Notes under the pieces: model-generated
Database searches by the model: none
What the model was told of the DNA's origin: nothing
What the model saw: only the letters and a program-made list of their open reading frames with translations
Made by a program: the position numbers and the translations under genes
Shown here: positions 8,735 to 17,848 of the stretch, piece after piece
Layout of the letters: every line of letters starts with the position of its first letter
Position numbering within the stretch: the first letter of the stretch is position 1
IMG/VR virus record: IMGVR_UViG_3300043781_000001
Span: 1-27,513 of that record
Direction: 5' to 3' (one strand)
Length of the DNA stretch: 27,513 bases
Source of the DNA: a virus
Lineage: Duplodnaviria; Caudoviricetes

Positions 8735-8827
8735 GTTTGTCTTTTTCCGTGTGTTGCAGACGCTAAAAAACAACCTGAGTTAGCCTCCCACGGCTTAAAA
8801 TGCGTGTTTTAAAGAAAGGACATTATT

Positions 8828-9490
8828 ATGCCACCAAAAGATACAGAAGCTGAAGTACAAGCATCAGAAGCAGCTAAGCAAGAAGCCGAAAACGGCTCTG
8901 TTAAGGACACCGCCGCCAACACTGGAACACCTGCAGGCAGTGATGATGGCGAAGGCTCAGAGAGCAAAATCGACGGCAAAAAGCTGGCTGAAAAATTGCA
9001 AGCTCGCTTGACTAAAGAGCAAGCCGACAAGAATGACTACAAGAACAAGTACGAAGAAGCCGCCAAAGAGCTAGAGCGGCTGAAGAAAGGCAAGTCCGTG
9101 AAGCAGTTACATGCCGAGGACGAAAACCAGAAAGCACTCGCTGACAAGGACAAACAGATCAAAGAACTGCAATCCAAAATTCAACGGTCAGAAACGCTCA
9201 AGCAAGTTGACGGTATTTTTAAAGATGCTGGTTTAAGCGTTGGCGATGACGTGCTAGGTCTTGTAGTCACCGATGACAACGAAGCCACTGTTGCTAATGC
9301 TAAGGCAATCATTAATCTGGTGAACAAGTCCTATGAAGAAGGCCGCAAGACTATCCTCAAAGGCAAAACGCCACGAGTTCATACAGGCAAATCCATTAGC
9401 ACAAAAGACCCACGGCGAATGTCCTTGATGGACAGAGTGAAGCTGCAGAAAGAAGACCCTGAAGAATATCGGGAGCTTTTCCGCAGCTAG
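8828..9490 (+). CDS. Capsid scaffolding protein (DUF4355-like)
   Basis: Acidic N-terminus, coiled coil, LKGKTP motif, position before the capsid gene. Confidence 0.88.
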   Translation: MPPKDTEAEVQASEAAKQEAENGSVKDTAANTGTPAGSDDGEGSESKIDGKKLAEKLQARLTKEQADKNDYKNKYEEAAKELERLKKGKSVKQLHAEDENQKALADKDKQIKELQSKIQRSETLKQVDGIFKDAGLSVGDDVLGLVVTDDNEATVANAKAIINLVNKSYEEGRKTILKGKTPRVHTGKSISTKDPRRMSLMDRVKLQKEDPEEYRELFRS

Positions 9491-9506
9491 AAAGGAAACA
9501 TAAAAG

Positions 9507-10442
9507 ATGGCAGACTACATCTCAAAAGAAGATTTAATCAATCCCGAAGTTATGGCACCAATGGTAGAAAACACTTACCAAGACGCCATGCGTTTCATGC
9601 CGCTGGCAGACGTTGACCGTACACTGGTTGCTAAGCCAGGCGATACTATTACCGTACCAACTTGGACGGGCAAACTGGTAGCACAACCAGTGGGTGAAGG
9701 CGAAGAAATTCCATTAGGTAAGCTGGGGCAAGGCAAGACCAAAACCACTGTTCAAAAGTTCGGTGTTGGTACTGAATACTCAGACGAAGCAGACCTGGTT
9801 TCACTGGCAAGCAATATTGAAAAAGGCACCCGTGAAGTTGGCATTGCTTTAGCACAATACTCTGACTCGGCTTTGCTGAACGCTGCTTTAGCATTGAAAG
9901 ACAAGACAGGAGAAGATGGCACTACCAAGCCGTATTTCTTGGAAACTGATGCCACTATCAATGGCTTATGGGACATTCTGGACCACTTCGAAGACCAGAA
10001 AGATGGTGGCGCATATACCTTGATTGGTAACAGCAAGGACAAGACTAAGTTCCGTCGTGCGGTGATTGAATATTTAAAGGGCAGTGATGTTGCTGCTAAT
10101 ATCGCCATTTCAGGGGCTACCACTTTGCTGGATGGTGCTTCATTTGCAGCTACTAACAAGCTGCCAGAAGGCACTTTAGTTGTTGCTTATTCCTCAGCTG
10201 AAGACATTGCTGCAGTTAAGGAATTAAAGGCGGCGCAAACTGAAGGCACCGTTGTTGACAATAAAATGCTAGACCAGCTTAACACAGGGCGTCCATTTAA
10301 ATGGTACGTAAAGCGTGACGTACTGATCGAAACCGACCGTGACAAGAGAAAGCAATTGAACTACATCTACGGTACTCAAATCGCAGCGCCTTACGTACAA
10401 AACGCTTCCAAGTTGCTGGTCGTCAACTTAAAAAAAGCGTAA
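9507..10442 (+). CDS. Major capsid protein
   Basis: DLINPEVMAPMV, TLVAKPGDTITVP, VGEGEEIP, KRDVLIETDRD motifs typical of Firmicutes siphophage capsids. Confidence 0.93.
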   Translation: MADYISKEDLINPEVMAPMVENTYQDAMRFMPLADVDRTLVAKPGDTITVPTWTGKLVAQPVGEGEEIPLGKLGQGKTKTTVQKFGVGTEYSDEADLVSLASNIEKGTREVGIALAQYSDSALLNAALALKDKTGEDGTTKPYFLETDATINGLWDILDHFEDQKDGGAYTLIGNSKDKTKFRRAVIEYLKGSDVAANIAISGATTLLDGASFAATNKLPEGTLVVAYSSAEDIAAVKELKAAQTEGTVVDNKMLDQLNTGRPFKWYVKRDVLIETDRDKRKQLNYIYGTQIAAPYVQNASKLLVVNLKKA

Positions 10443-10591
10443 CCCCATCAACTGATGGGGTAGCTACAGCGTCAGATGCTAAGCCTACATCCGCTAACAC
10501 CAAAGACGAAATCATGGCTTATTTAACTAGCCACAACATTAGCTTTAGTGCTAGCCAGACCAAGGACCAATTGCTGGCGCTGATTAAGTAA
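10430..10591 (+). CDS. -1 frameshift extension of the capsid protein (51 aa, HeH/LEM-like)
   Basis: A AAA AAA slippery site 10430-10436, hairpin 10442-10461, open -1 frame to TAA 10589-10591. Confidence 0.8.
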   Translation, partial: KKSVTPSTDGVATASDAKPTSANTKDEIMAYLTSHNISFSASQTKDQLLALIK

Positions 10592-10605
10592 AGCGGGGTG
10601 ATGCT

Positions 10606-10965
10606 ATGAGCGATCAAAGCGAGCAACTCCAAAAGCTGAAGGTAGCATTAGGTGTCAAGGACAGCGAGCAAGATGAACTCTTGCAGTTGTACCTTGACGA
10701 TGCTGCCGAATTTTTAAAGCTGCGTTTGTCAATGAAAGATGGCGAAGACTTGTCTGCGCCTATGCTAGCCATTGTGCGTGGTGCCGCCGTTAAGAAGTTC
10801 AACCGCTTCAAGAACGAAGGCATGAAGTCATACTCGCAAGATGGCGAAAGCATCACTTTTGACTCGTCAGACTTTGATGAGTGGGCAGATGAGATTGCGC
10901 AATGGCGAACAGAAAACGGCAAAGGCAGCAATGCTGGCAAGTTGGTGAACCCGTATGCGTTATGA
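10606..10965 (+). CDS. Head-tail connector (SPP1 gp15/HK97 gp6-like)
   Basis: QDELLQLYLDDA, KKFNRFKNEGMKSYSQDGESITF. Confidence 0.9.
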   Translation: MSDQSEQLQKLKVALGVKDSEQDELLQLYLDDAAEFLKLRLSMKDGEDLSAPMLAIVRGAAVKKFNRFKNEGMKSYSQDGESITFDSSDFDEWADEIAQWRTENGKGSNAGKLVNPYAL

Positions 10966-11275
10966 CACACAGGTCAAGTTCTGGGACGACAGCAATAAGC
11001 GCTACAATCCAAGAACGCACACATACAGCAGTGCTCAAGCCGTTGAAGTTCGCATGTGCAACGTCACGGATTTAGGCGTTGAGAAGCAAACTAGATTGCT
11101 AGGTGACGTTAAGCAGAGCGGCAAAACAATCCGCATGCCAACGCCGCCTGCCAAAGCGTGGACATACTTAACAGTCGGTTCATCGCCAACCATTTATCGG
11201 CTGGTGTCAGCTGAAACCGTATCAAAAGGCTATTCGATTGTAGTAGGAGAAGATGCTAATGGGAGTCAAGATTGA
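10955..11275 (+). CDS. Putative head-closure protein
   Basis: MRYDT..YNPRT, CNVTDLG motif; synteny. Confidence 0.75.
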   Translation: MRYDTQVKFWDDSNKRYNPRTHTYSSAQAVEVRMCNVTDLGVEKQTRLLGDVKQSGKTIRMPTPPAKAWTYLTVGSSPTIYRLVSAETVSKGYSIVVGEDANGSQD

Positions 11276-11621
11276 AGGGCTGGATAAGCTGGAAGCCGCT
11301 ATCAACAGCAAAAAGGGCGATGTTCGGCTAGTCAGATCAGCAGTCCGCAAGCATGGGGCTCAGCTGCAAAGTGGAACACAGTCACGCATGGCAGCAGCCT
11401 ATACGCATGGCTACTCAACTGGTGCCACCTCACGAAGCACAACGGTAGAAATCAGCAATGGCGGTTTGACCGCCACGGTTGCACCACATACGAAATACTT
11501 CCCATACCTGGAGTACGGTACTCGTTTCATGAGTGCGATGCCTACGCTTGGACCAGCTTTCAGAGTTGAAGGACCGCTTTTCATTGACGAAGTAAAGAAG
11601 ATTATTGAACAGTCGAGGTGA
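11259..11621 (+). CDS. HK97 gp10-family tail component
   Basis: IEGLDKL, TGATSRS, YFPYLEYGTRFMSAMPTLGPAF. Confidence 0.9.
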   Translation: MGVKIEGLDKLEAAINSKKGDVRLVRSAVRKHGAQLQSGTQSRMAAAYTHGYSTGATSRSTTVEISNGGLTATVAPHTKYFPYLEYGTRFMSAMPTLGPAFRVEGPLFIDEVKKIIEQSR

Positions 11622-11625
11622 TTAG

Positions 11626-12021
11626 ATGTCACCAGGACAAGAACTATATGATCGGTTGTACATCTATTCTGAAGACCTGCACTACGACACATACGACCAA
11701 CTACCAAAGGACGGCACTAGCTATCCGTTCGTGGTGATTGGCGACATTGAGAACATGTTCAGCAATTACAAGACAGAGGTTGGCGGTCGTGTGGCTGTCA
11801 CGCTTAATGTGTGGGGCACAGAGTTCATGCGAACTGACGTTGACTACATGCTCGAAAAGCTAACCAGCATTAGCACGGTTGCTACCGAGCATTTCAAGTT
11901 CACCAACCGATTAAACGAATTACAAAATCAGATAATTTCAGACACGAGTGTTCCTAACACACGGTTGCTCCATGGAGTTAGCACACTCGTTTTTGATTGG
12001 ACAAAGAAAGGACAAAAATAG
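11626..12021 (+). CDS. Tail completion/terminator protein
   Basis: SPGQELYD, YDQLP..YPFVVIG, DTS...LLHG motifs; precedes the tail tube gene. Confidence 0.8.
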   Translation: MSPGQELYDRLYIYSEDLHYDTYDQLPKDGTSYPFVVIGDIENMFSNYKTEVGGRVAVTLNVWGTEFMRTDVDYMLEKLTSISTVATEHFKFTNRLNELQNQIISDTSVPNTRLLHGVSTLVFDWTKKGQK

Positions 12022-12630
12022 ATGGCAGTTGCAACAGAAGCACAAGTGCTGCAAGGATTAGACACCCTTGCATATATCCGTTTACTAAAAAACGCTGCTA
12101 AGGAACGTGGTCAATTAATCCCGTACCAAACTTCACTGGATTTTGACCCGCAGCGTGACTCAGACAGTACGGCAACCAAGTCAGGAAACGTGGCTACTAC
12201 TAGCTCACTGGAAACTGATTTGGAAGTTGAGTTCATTAACAACATCTCTAAGGTCTCGGACGACATGTACGACTCCTTGATCAAAAACGAAAAGATTGAA
12301 GTTTGGATTGTGTACCGTAAGCGCCGCAACGAGAAGGGTCAATATTTCGCATGGTACATGCGTGGCACCGTTACTGAAGATGAAAGTGACAACGACCCAG
12401 ACGACAACTCGACTCGTGACGCTACGTTCACCATTGACGGCACGCCACAACGTGGCTGGCTAACTCTGCCAGACGAAGCAGAAGAAGAGCTGGCATACGT
12501 ATTCCGTGGCTTAGGTGCTATTGATGGCGAACCTAAGAATGACGGTACGGATGGCGAAGGTCAAGAATGGAGCGATAAAGATCGTGGCCAAGGTTCAGGC
12601 GATGACCCAGCGAGTAACACCACAGCCTGA
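12022..12630 (+). CDS. Major tail (tube) protein, TP901-1 family
   Basis: PYQT, RDSDSTATKSG, IEVWIV, AWYMRG, FTIDGTPQRG motifs. Confidence 0.92.
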   Translation: MAVATEAQVLQGLDTLAYIRLLKNAAKERGQLIPYQTSLDFDPQRDSDSTATKSGNVATTSSLETDLEVEFINNISKVSDDMYDSLIKNEKIEVWIVYRKRRNEKGQYFAWYMRGTVTEDESDNDPDDNSTRDATFTIDGTPQRGWLTLPDEAEEELAYVFRGLGAIDGEPKNDGTDGEGQEWSDKDRGQGSGDDPASNTTA

Positions 12631-12688
12631 TACCACACCGTCAAGTAACACAACAAACACAGATCAAACAGAACAAAATAAGTAATCG

Positions 12689-12727
12689 AAAGGAGCGATG
12701 GGGCTAACAACTTCATCGCTCCTTTTT
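12689..12727 (+). terminator. Intrinsic terminator after the tail tube gene
   Basis: AAAGGAGCGATGGGG...CTTCATCGCTCCTTT + T run. Confidence 0.85.
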
Positions 12728-12749
12728 GTGCATAAGGAGAAAAAAATAA

Positions 12750-13073
12750 ATGGAAATCACTGTTAACGGTAAGAAGCACCAATTAGTTTTCGGCGTAGGT
12801 TTTGTGCGTAATCTGGACACTCATTACGGTATGGCAAATAAGGCTGGCTTAGGTTTAGGCATGGCTTTCGGCAAAGTTATTCCTGGCATGAAGATTTATG
12901 ACACGGCAATCTTGTCTGAAGTAATCCAAGCTGCTGCCGAACCGTCAATCAGCTTGAATGAAACCGACCAATATATTGACAACTGCAAAGATGTTGAAAA
13001 GCTGTTTAAAGATGTTTGGGAAGAAATGTCTAAGGCTAATGCCGTCAAACTAGCGGTAAAAAAAGTTCAGTAG
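12750..13073 (+). CDS. Tail assembly chaperone (gpG-like)
   Basis: L-FGVGFVRNLD motif; lies between tube and tape measure genes. Confidence 0.9.
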   Translation: MEITVNGKKHQLVFGVGFVRNLDTHYGMANKAGLGLGMAFGKVIPGMKIYDTAILSEVIQAAAEPSISLNETDQYIDNCKDVEKLFKDVWEEMSKANAVKLAVKKVQ

Positions 13074-13510
13074 CGAAAACTAGAAAAACTAGTGAACAGG
13101 AATATCACGAGATATTGCTCAATTCACTGGCGTATCTTGGTTTTCACAAAATTTCTGACATTAATCATATGGGTTTGGCTGAGTATCAGTTAAGAATGGA
13201 AGCATATCAGCTTCAGCAAGTTGCTGAAATGAAAAAACTCCACATGCAGGCGTTCTTGAACCAGGTCGTTAAATCAACCAAAGGCAAGAGAAATCCGAAA
13301 CCTGCGTACAAAACATTTAACCAATTTTTCAACGAAGAAGAAGTGATTGATCAAGTGCGTTCAGCTTTTGAGCCTGACTACAAGCCGCAATCGCAAATTA
13401 CTCGCGAAAAAGAACAGCAACGCATTTTTGCTAAGAGATTAGCTGAGTTCCATAGACTGAAAAAAGAAGGCAAAATTATTCCATTTAAAGCTAGAAAAGA
13501 AAGGAGGTAA
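13058..13510 (+). CDS. Tail chaperone -1 frameshift extension (gpGT-like)
   Basis: GTA AAA AAA G slippery site 13058-13064; -1 frame open without stop (SSVAKTRKTSEQEYHEILLNS...) into ORF 13115..13510. Confidence 0.88.
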   Translation, partial: KKSSVAKTRKTSEQEYHEILLNSLAYLGFHKISDINHMGLAEYQLRMEAYQLQQVAEMKKLHMQAFLNQVVKSTKGKRNPKPAYKTFNQFFNEEEVIDQVRSAFEPDYKPQSQITREKEQQRIFAKRLAEFHRLKKEGKIIPFKARKERR

Positions 13511-13513
13511 AAA

Positions 13514-16500
13514 ATGGCAGATCACACCGTTAGAGCCGTGCTGACAGCCGTCGACCAAGGATTTACCGCTGGCTTGGCAAGAGCTGCCGCAGCCGCAAAA
13601 AGCTTTGGCTCGTCCACTGCCAATATTGGTTCAAGAGTCGGCAATAGTATGGTTTCGGCAGGAAACTCCATTCAGAACTTTGGCAATAAAGCTCAACAGC
13701 ATTTATCAGGAATTGGCAAAGGTATGATGGCGGCGGGAGCGGCAACCACAGCTTTTGGCGTTTCATCGCTAAAGTCGTTTGGCGATTATGAGCAATCACT
13801 GAACACCGCTGCCGTCGTTGCTGGCGGTACTTCCAAGGATATTGAAGGACTTTCTAATGTTGCCTTAAAGATGGGCGAAGACTTGCCACTATCAGCGCAG
13901 GCCGCATCTGACGCAATGATTGAAATGGCTCGTAATGGCGCTAGCATCGGTGAAATCAAGAAGCAGTTCCCAGCAATCGCCAAAGCCGCAACCGCTGCTG
14001 GTTCTGATTTGCAAGCTACTGCGGGCACTGTTCAAGTTGCTATGAACGTGTGGGGCAATTCATTAAAGTCCCCAGAACAGGCGGCAGAATACCTGGTTCA
14101 GGCAGCCAACTTGTCAAACGCCTCTGTCGAAGATATGAACCAAGCAATTGCCAACATCGGACCAACATCAAACATGGCTGGCTACGGCATGCGAGATATG
14201 GTCAGCGCTATTGGCTTGCTGACTAACAAAGGCATGACAGCGGCTCAAGCATCACAAGACCTTAACTTTGGCTTGTTACGATTGATTTCTCCTTCAAAAC
14301 AAGTTGCTGGAGAGATGCAGAAACTTGGCATAGCGGTTCGAGACCAGCAAGGCAATATGCGGTCGCTTCCTGATATTTTGCAACAAGTGGCTACCAAGAC
14401 GCAGGGACTGAGTCAGGCACAAAGAGACGCTGCTCTCAAAACTTTGTTTGGAACTGCTGGAATGAAAGCAATGCTTCCATTGATGGACGCTGTCACCAAC
14501 AAGACTGGCGATTCAAAAGTATCTTGGGACGCATTCAGTAAATCAATGGATAAGGCCGCAGGCAGCACAAAGCGAGCCAATGTTTCACTTGATCAGCAAG
14601 CCAAAGAGATGCAGAAGAACACAGGCGCTTCGCTTGAACAGTTAGGAGGTGCCTGGGATACCTTGGTTAAGAAATCCATGATGGGCACAAAGCACATCAG
14701 TAATGGCTACTTGAAAGTCGGTCAAAAGATGCTCGATTGGGCATCAACTTCCAAGAGCACAACTGCTCAAGTTATCAGAAACTTTATCGGCTTAAGCCCC
14801 GCTATTGGTGCTGCTACTGCAACCGTGGGCGGCTTCATTACTAACTTTGGCAAGATCACCCATGCTGTCGGCACTGGTGTCAAAGGCGTTGGCATGTTTG
14901 TCGGTAAATTGAGCGGTCTTGGTTCTAAACTTGGAGAAACAAAAGCAAGTGCGGACGAAGCTTCTACTGGATTTGAAAAGACCAGCACGAGTGTTAATCA
15001 AAGCGGTCAGGCTGCGCAAAATGCTTCTAGTCATTTTCTAGGTATTTCAGCAGTTATTCTATCTGTTGGTGCGAGTGTTGGCATGGCAACTGCTGGAATG
15101 GCGTTACTTGTCAACTCAATTACGAAATTGGCGGCGTCAGGACAGCAAGGTCAAGTCGCACTTCAAGGCGTTACAATCACCATGTTAGCGTTAGTCGCTG
15201 GATTGACTATTGCCGCCAAATATTCTCAAAATAGTGCAGTTGGCTTAGTGGCATTAGGAGCAGCCGCATTGGCGATCACCGCAGGTATGGCATTGCTAGT
15301 CAGCCAAGTCACAAAATTAGCAGCGGCTGGTCAGAATGGCATTCAAACGCTTGGAGCGGTTACTTCGTCAATGGCCGCTTTAGTTGCTATTCTTGCTATA
15401 GCTGGTCCAAGGGCACAAAGGAGTGCCGCTGGGGTTCTAGCTCTAGGAGCGGCGGCAGCCATGGTTGAAGTTGGTATGGCGGCCTTGGTTTCTGCAACTG
15501 CTAGACTTGCTCAAACTGGAAATTCTGGAGCAATTGCGATGAAGGCAGTTGGCACTTCAATGGTTGCTCTAGTTGCTGTTTTAGGATTGGTTGCCCCGTT
15601 GGCTCAAGCTAATGCTGTAGGATTGCTGGCAATGGGTGCGGCAGTTTTGATGATCACAGGCGGCATGGCGTTGTTAGTTACTTCAGTCACAGGGCTAATT
15701 ACCGCATTAGGTCAATTCAATGTCACTGGTCAGCAAGTCGTTTCAATTCTTAGTGCGATTGGAACTGGATTTGCAATGATGGTGACAAACTTCATCACCA
15801 CGTTAGCAGCACAGTTGCCGCTAATTGTGCAAACGCTTTTGCAGTCATTTCTTCAAATCCAAATGATGTTTATGACCTACTTGCCGCAATTTGTTCAGTA
15901 TGGTATGCAAACAATTACAATGCTGGTTCAAGGAATTGCCCAAGGGCTTCCTCAATTGATGCAAGCAGGGGTTCAATTAATCGTCAACTTCATCAATGGG
16001 CTAACACAAGGGCTCCCACAAATTCTTAGTGCGGGGGTCAAATTTATTGTTGCTCTTTGTAACGGCTTAGCCCAGGCAATGCCGCAATTAATCAGTTCGG
16101 CGGTCAAAGTTATTGTTAGTTTTGTTCAAGGGCTGACTTCTCATATTGGTCAATTAGTGACTGTTGGTGCGAACTTTATTGCCAAGCTTCTTAATGGCAT
16201 TGCCAATAATATTGGTAAGATTGTTACTGCGGCCATTAATGTTATTGTGAAATTTGTCGATGGAATTGGCAATAATCTCGGAAAAGTTGCTGATGCTGGT
16301 ATTCGGCTATTAGCGAAATTTACTGATGCGATTGTTGATAGAATTCCAAAACTGACATCAGTAGCGGTTCAAGCCGTAGAGAAATTTGTCTATGGTGTCG
16401 GCAATGCTCTCGGGCAAGTTCTTGCTTCTGGCACAAAGTTAATCGGGATATTTGTTCAAGGCGTAATGAGTGGCTTTAGCAAGTCAATGAGTGCAGGCAA

Positions 16501-17020
16501 ACATAATGCTTCTGGAGTTAAAAGCGGTGTTACTTCGTTTAATTTATTCAGCGCAGGTGCTCAGCTAATTTCTGGATTTGTTAGAGGCATTCAAAGCATG
16601 ATTGGCTCCGTAATTTCAGCAGCGGAGTCTGTTGGTCGTGCCGCCGTACAACACGTAAAGAAGTTTCTACATATTGGCTCTCCATCAAGAGTTATGCGTG
16701 ACGAAGTCGGCAAATGGGTGCCAGCTGGTATGGCTATCGGTATGATGAACCAGATCGGTTTAGTATCAGATGCCGCTGGTGCGATTTCTAATGCCGCCAT
16801 GGTAGCAATTCCGAGCCCAGACATGACTTCATTCAATAGAGGCTTGCGGTCAATCAATGCTAGTGGTTCGGTTCAAGGAACTTTGGAACATGAGATCTCG
16901 ATGACTAGCCAACCTGCACAGATCAACCTTAATCTGGGTGGACATGACTACTCAGCATTTGTTGACGACATTAGCCAAGAACAAGATCAGCAAGTAGCAC
17001 TTCGCATGAAGAGGTATTAG
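13514..17020 (+). CDS. Tape measure protein (TP901 family core)
   Basis: 1168 aa, Ala/Gly rich, LFGTAG motif, 63-aa and 22-aa repeats, IGSPSRVM C-terminal motif. Confidence 0.96.
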   Translation: MADHTVRAVLTAVDQGFTAGLARAAAAAKSFGSSTANIGSRVGNSMVSAGNSIQNFGNKAQQHLSGIGKGMMAAGAATTAFGVSSLKSFGDYEQSLNTAAVVAGGTSKDIEGLSNVALKMGEDLPLSAQAASDAMIEMARNGASIGEIKKQFPAIAKAATAAGSDLQATAGTVQVAMNVWGNSLKSPEQAAEYLVQAANLSNASVEDMNQAIANIGPTSNMAGYGMRDMVSAIGLLTNKGMTAAQASQDLNFGLLRLISPSKQVAGEMQKLGIAVRDQQGNMRSLPDILQQVATKTQGLSQAQRDAALKTLFGTAGMKAMLPLMDAVTNKTGDSKVSWDAFSKSMDKAAGSTKRANVSLDQQAKEMQKNTGASLEQLGGAWDTLVKKSMMGTKHISNGYLKVGQKMLDWASTSKSTTAQVIRNFIGLSPAIGAATATVGGFITNFGKITHAVGTGVKGVGMFVGKLSGLGSKLGETKASADEASTGFEKTSTSVNQSGQAAQNASSHFLGISAVILSVGASVGMATAGMALLVNSITKLAASGQQGQVALQGVTITMLALVAGLTIAAKYSQNSAVGLVALGAAALAITAGMALLVSQVTKLAAAGQNGIQTLGAVTSSMAALVAILAIAGPRAQRSAAGVLALGAAAAMVEVGMAALVSATARLAQTGNSGAIAMKAVGTSMVALVAVLGLVAPLAQANAVGLLAMGAAVLMITGGMALLVTSVTGLITALGQFNVTGQQVVSILSAIGTGFAMMVTNFITTLAAQLPLIVQTLLQSFLQIQMMFMTYLPQFVQYGMQTITMLVQGIAQGLPQLMQAGVQLIVNFINGLTQGLPQILSAGVKFIVALCNGLAQAMPQLISSAVKVIVSFVQGLTSHIGQLVTVGANFIAKLLNGIANNIGKIVTAAINVIVKFVDGIGNNLGKVADAGIRLLAKFTDAIVDRIPKLTSVAVQAVEKFVYGVGNALGQVLASGTKLIGIFVQGVMSGFSKSMSAGKHNASGVKSGVTSFNLFSAGAQLISGFVRGIQSMIGSVISAAESVGRAAVQHVKKFLHIGSPSRVMRDEVGKWVPAGMAIGMMNQIGLVSDAAGAISNAAMVAIPSPDMTSFNRGLRSINASGSVQGTLEHEISMTSQPAQINLNLGGHDYSAFVDDISQEQDQQVALRMKRY

Positions 17021-17023
17021 TAC

Positions 17024-17848
17024 ATGAAGCAATACGAATTTCATAATTTAGATATCAATGAGCGTGGCGACCCTTCGTTCCTTCCGCCTGAAGCTTTATA
17101 CATCATTCAAGAAAATGGCGTGGGTACGCCGATTGAAGATTTGATTGACGGCTACCAGACGTTGAACGTTAGCGGTCGTGAGTTGGTAGGCTACTCGCTG
17201 AAAACAGAGGACGTGACTGGTTCAGACGGCGCCATGTTTTTGAGCGCCAACTATCCGACTCGTGAAATTGAAGTAACTTATTTTCTGCAAGCCAAGACTG
17301 ATGAGGAGTTTAGAGCAAAGTATCAACTGCTGAACTACTACCTGAGCGGCAAGCAATTCAAGTTCTATTTCTACGATGACACTCAGTATTTCTGGACAGG
17401 CACGGTCACTGCAGCTGATAAGCCTGACCCTGGACTGAACCAAGCAAAATCAACCTTCACGATTACTTGTTCCAATCCGTTTAAGCGACTGATCGAGCCA
17501 GTTACGTACAAAGGCACAGGTTCAGTTAGAATTGCCGAGCCAGTATACTACGGAACAGCACCAGATTTAATTCAAATCGCGCTGGCTAGTTCGGCTAGTG
17601 CAATTAGCGTCACTAACAGCAGACAGACGATTAGTTTGACAGGCACGTTTGTGGCAGGTGATGTGGTCAAAATTGAGCCAAGCACAGACGAAGAACAGCA
17701 GTCGATGATTTACTTAAACGACAAGCAAGCATTAAACCTGCTTGATTTGACGTCAGACTTTGAGAACTTTGCAGTTAAGCAAGGCGATGTTGTGACCGTG
17801 ACGCCTAGTGCTGATTTAATGCTGAAATTGAGGAGAAGAGAGCTATGA
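17024..17848 (+). CDS. Distal tail protein (Dit)
   Basis: GYQTLNVSGRE, REIEVTY, FTITCSNPFK; follows tape measure. Confidence 0.9.
   Translation: MKQYEFHNLDINERGDPSFLPPEALYIIQENGVGTPIEDLIDGYQTLNVSGRELVGYSLKTEDVTGSDGAMFLSANYPTREIEVTYFLQAKTDEEFRAKYQLLNYYLSGKQFKFYFYDDTQYFWTGTVTAADKPDPGLNQAKSTFTITCSNPFKRLIEPVTYKGTGSVRIAEPVYYGTAPDLIQIALASSASAISVTNSRQTISLTGTFVAGDVVKIEPSTDEEQQSMIYLNDKQALNLLDLTSDFENFAVKQGDVVTVTPSADLMLKLRRREL

Noticed and set aside
15050-16430. 63-aa and 22-aa repeats in the tape measure protein
   Set aside because: Ordinary feature of tape measure proteins
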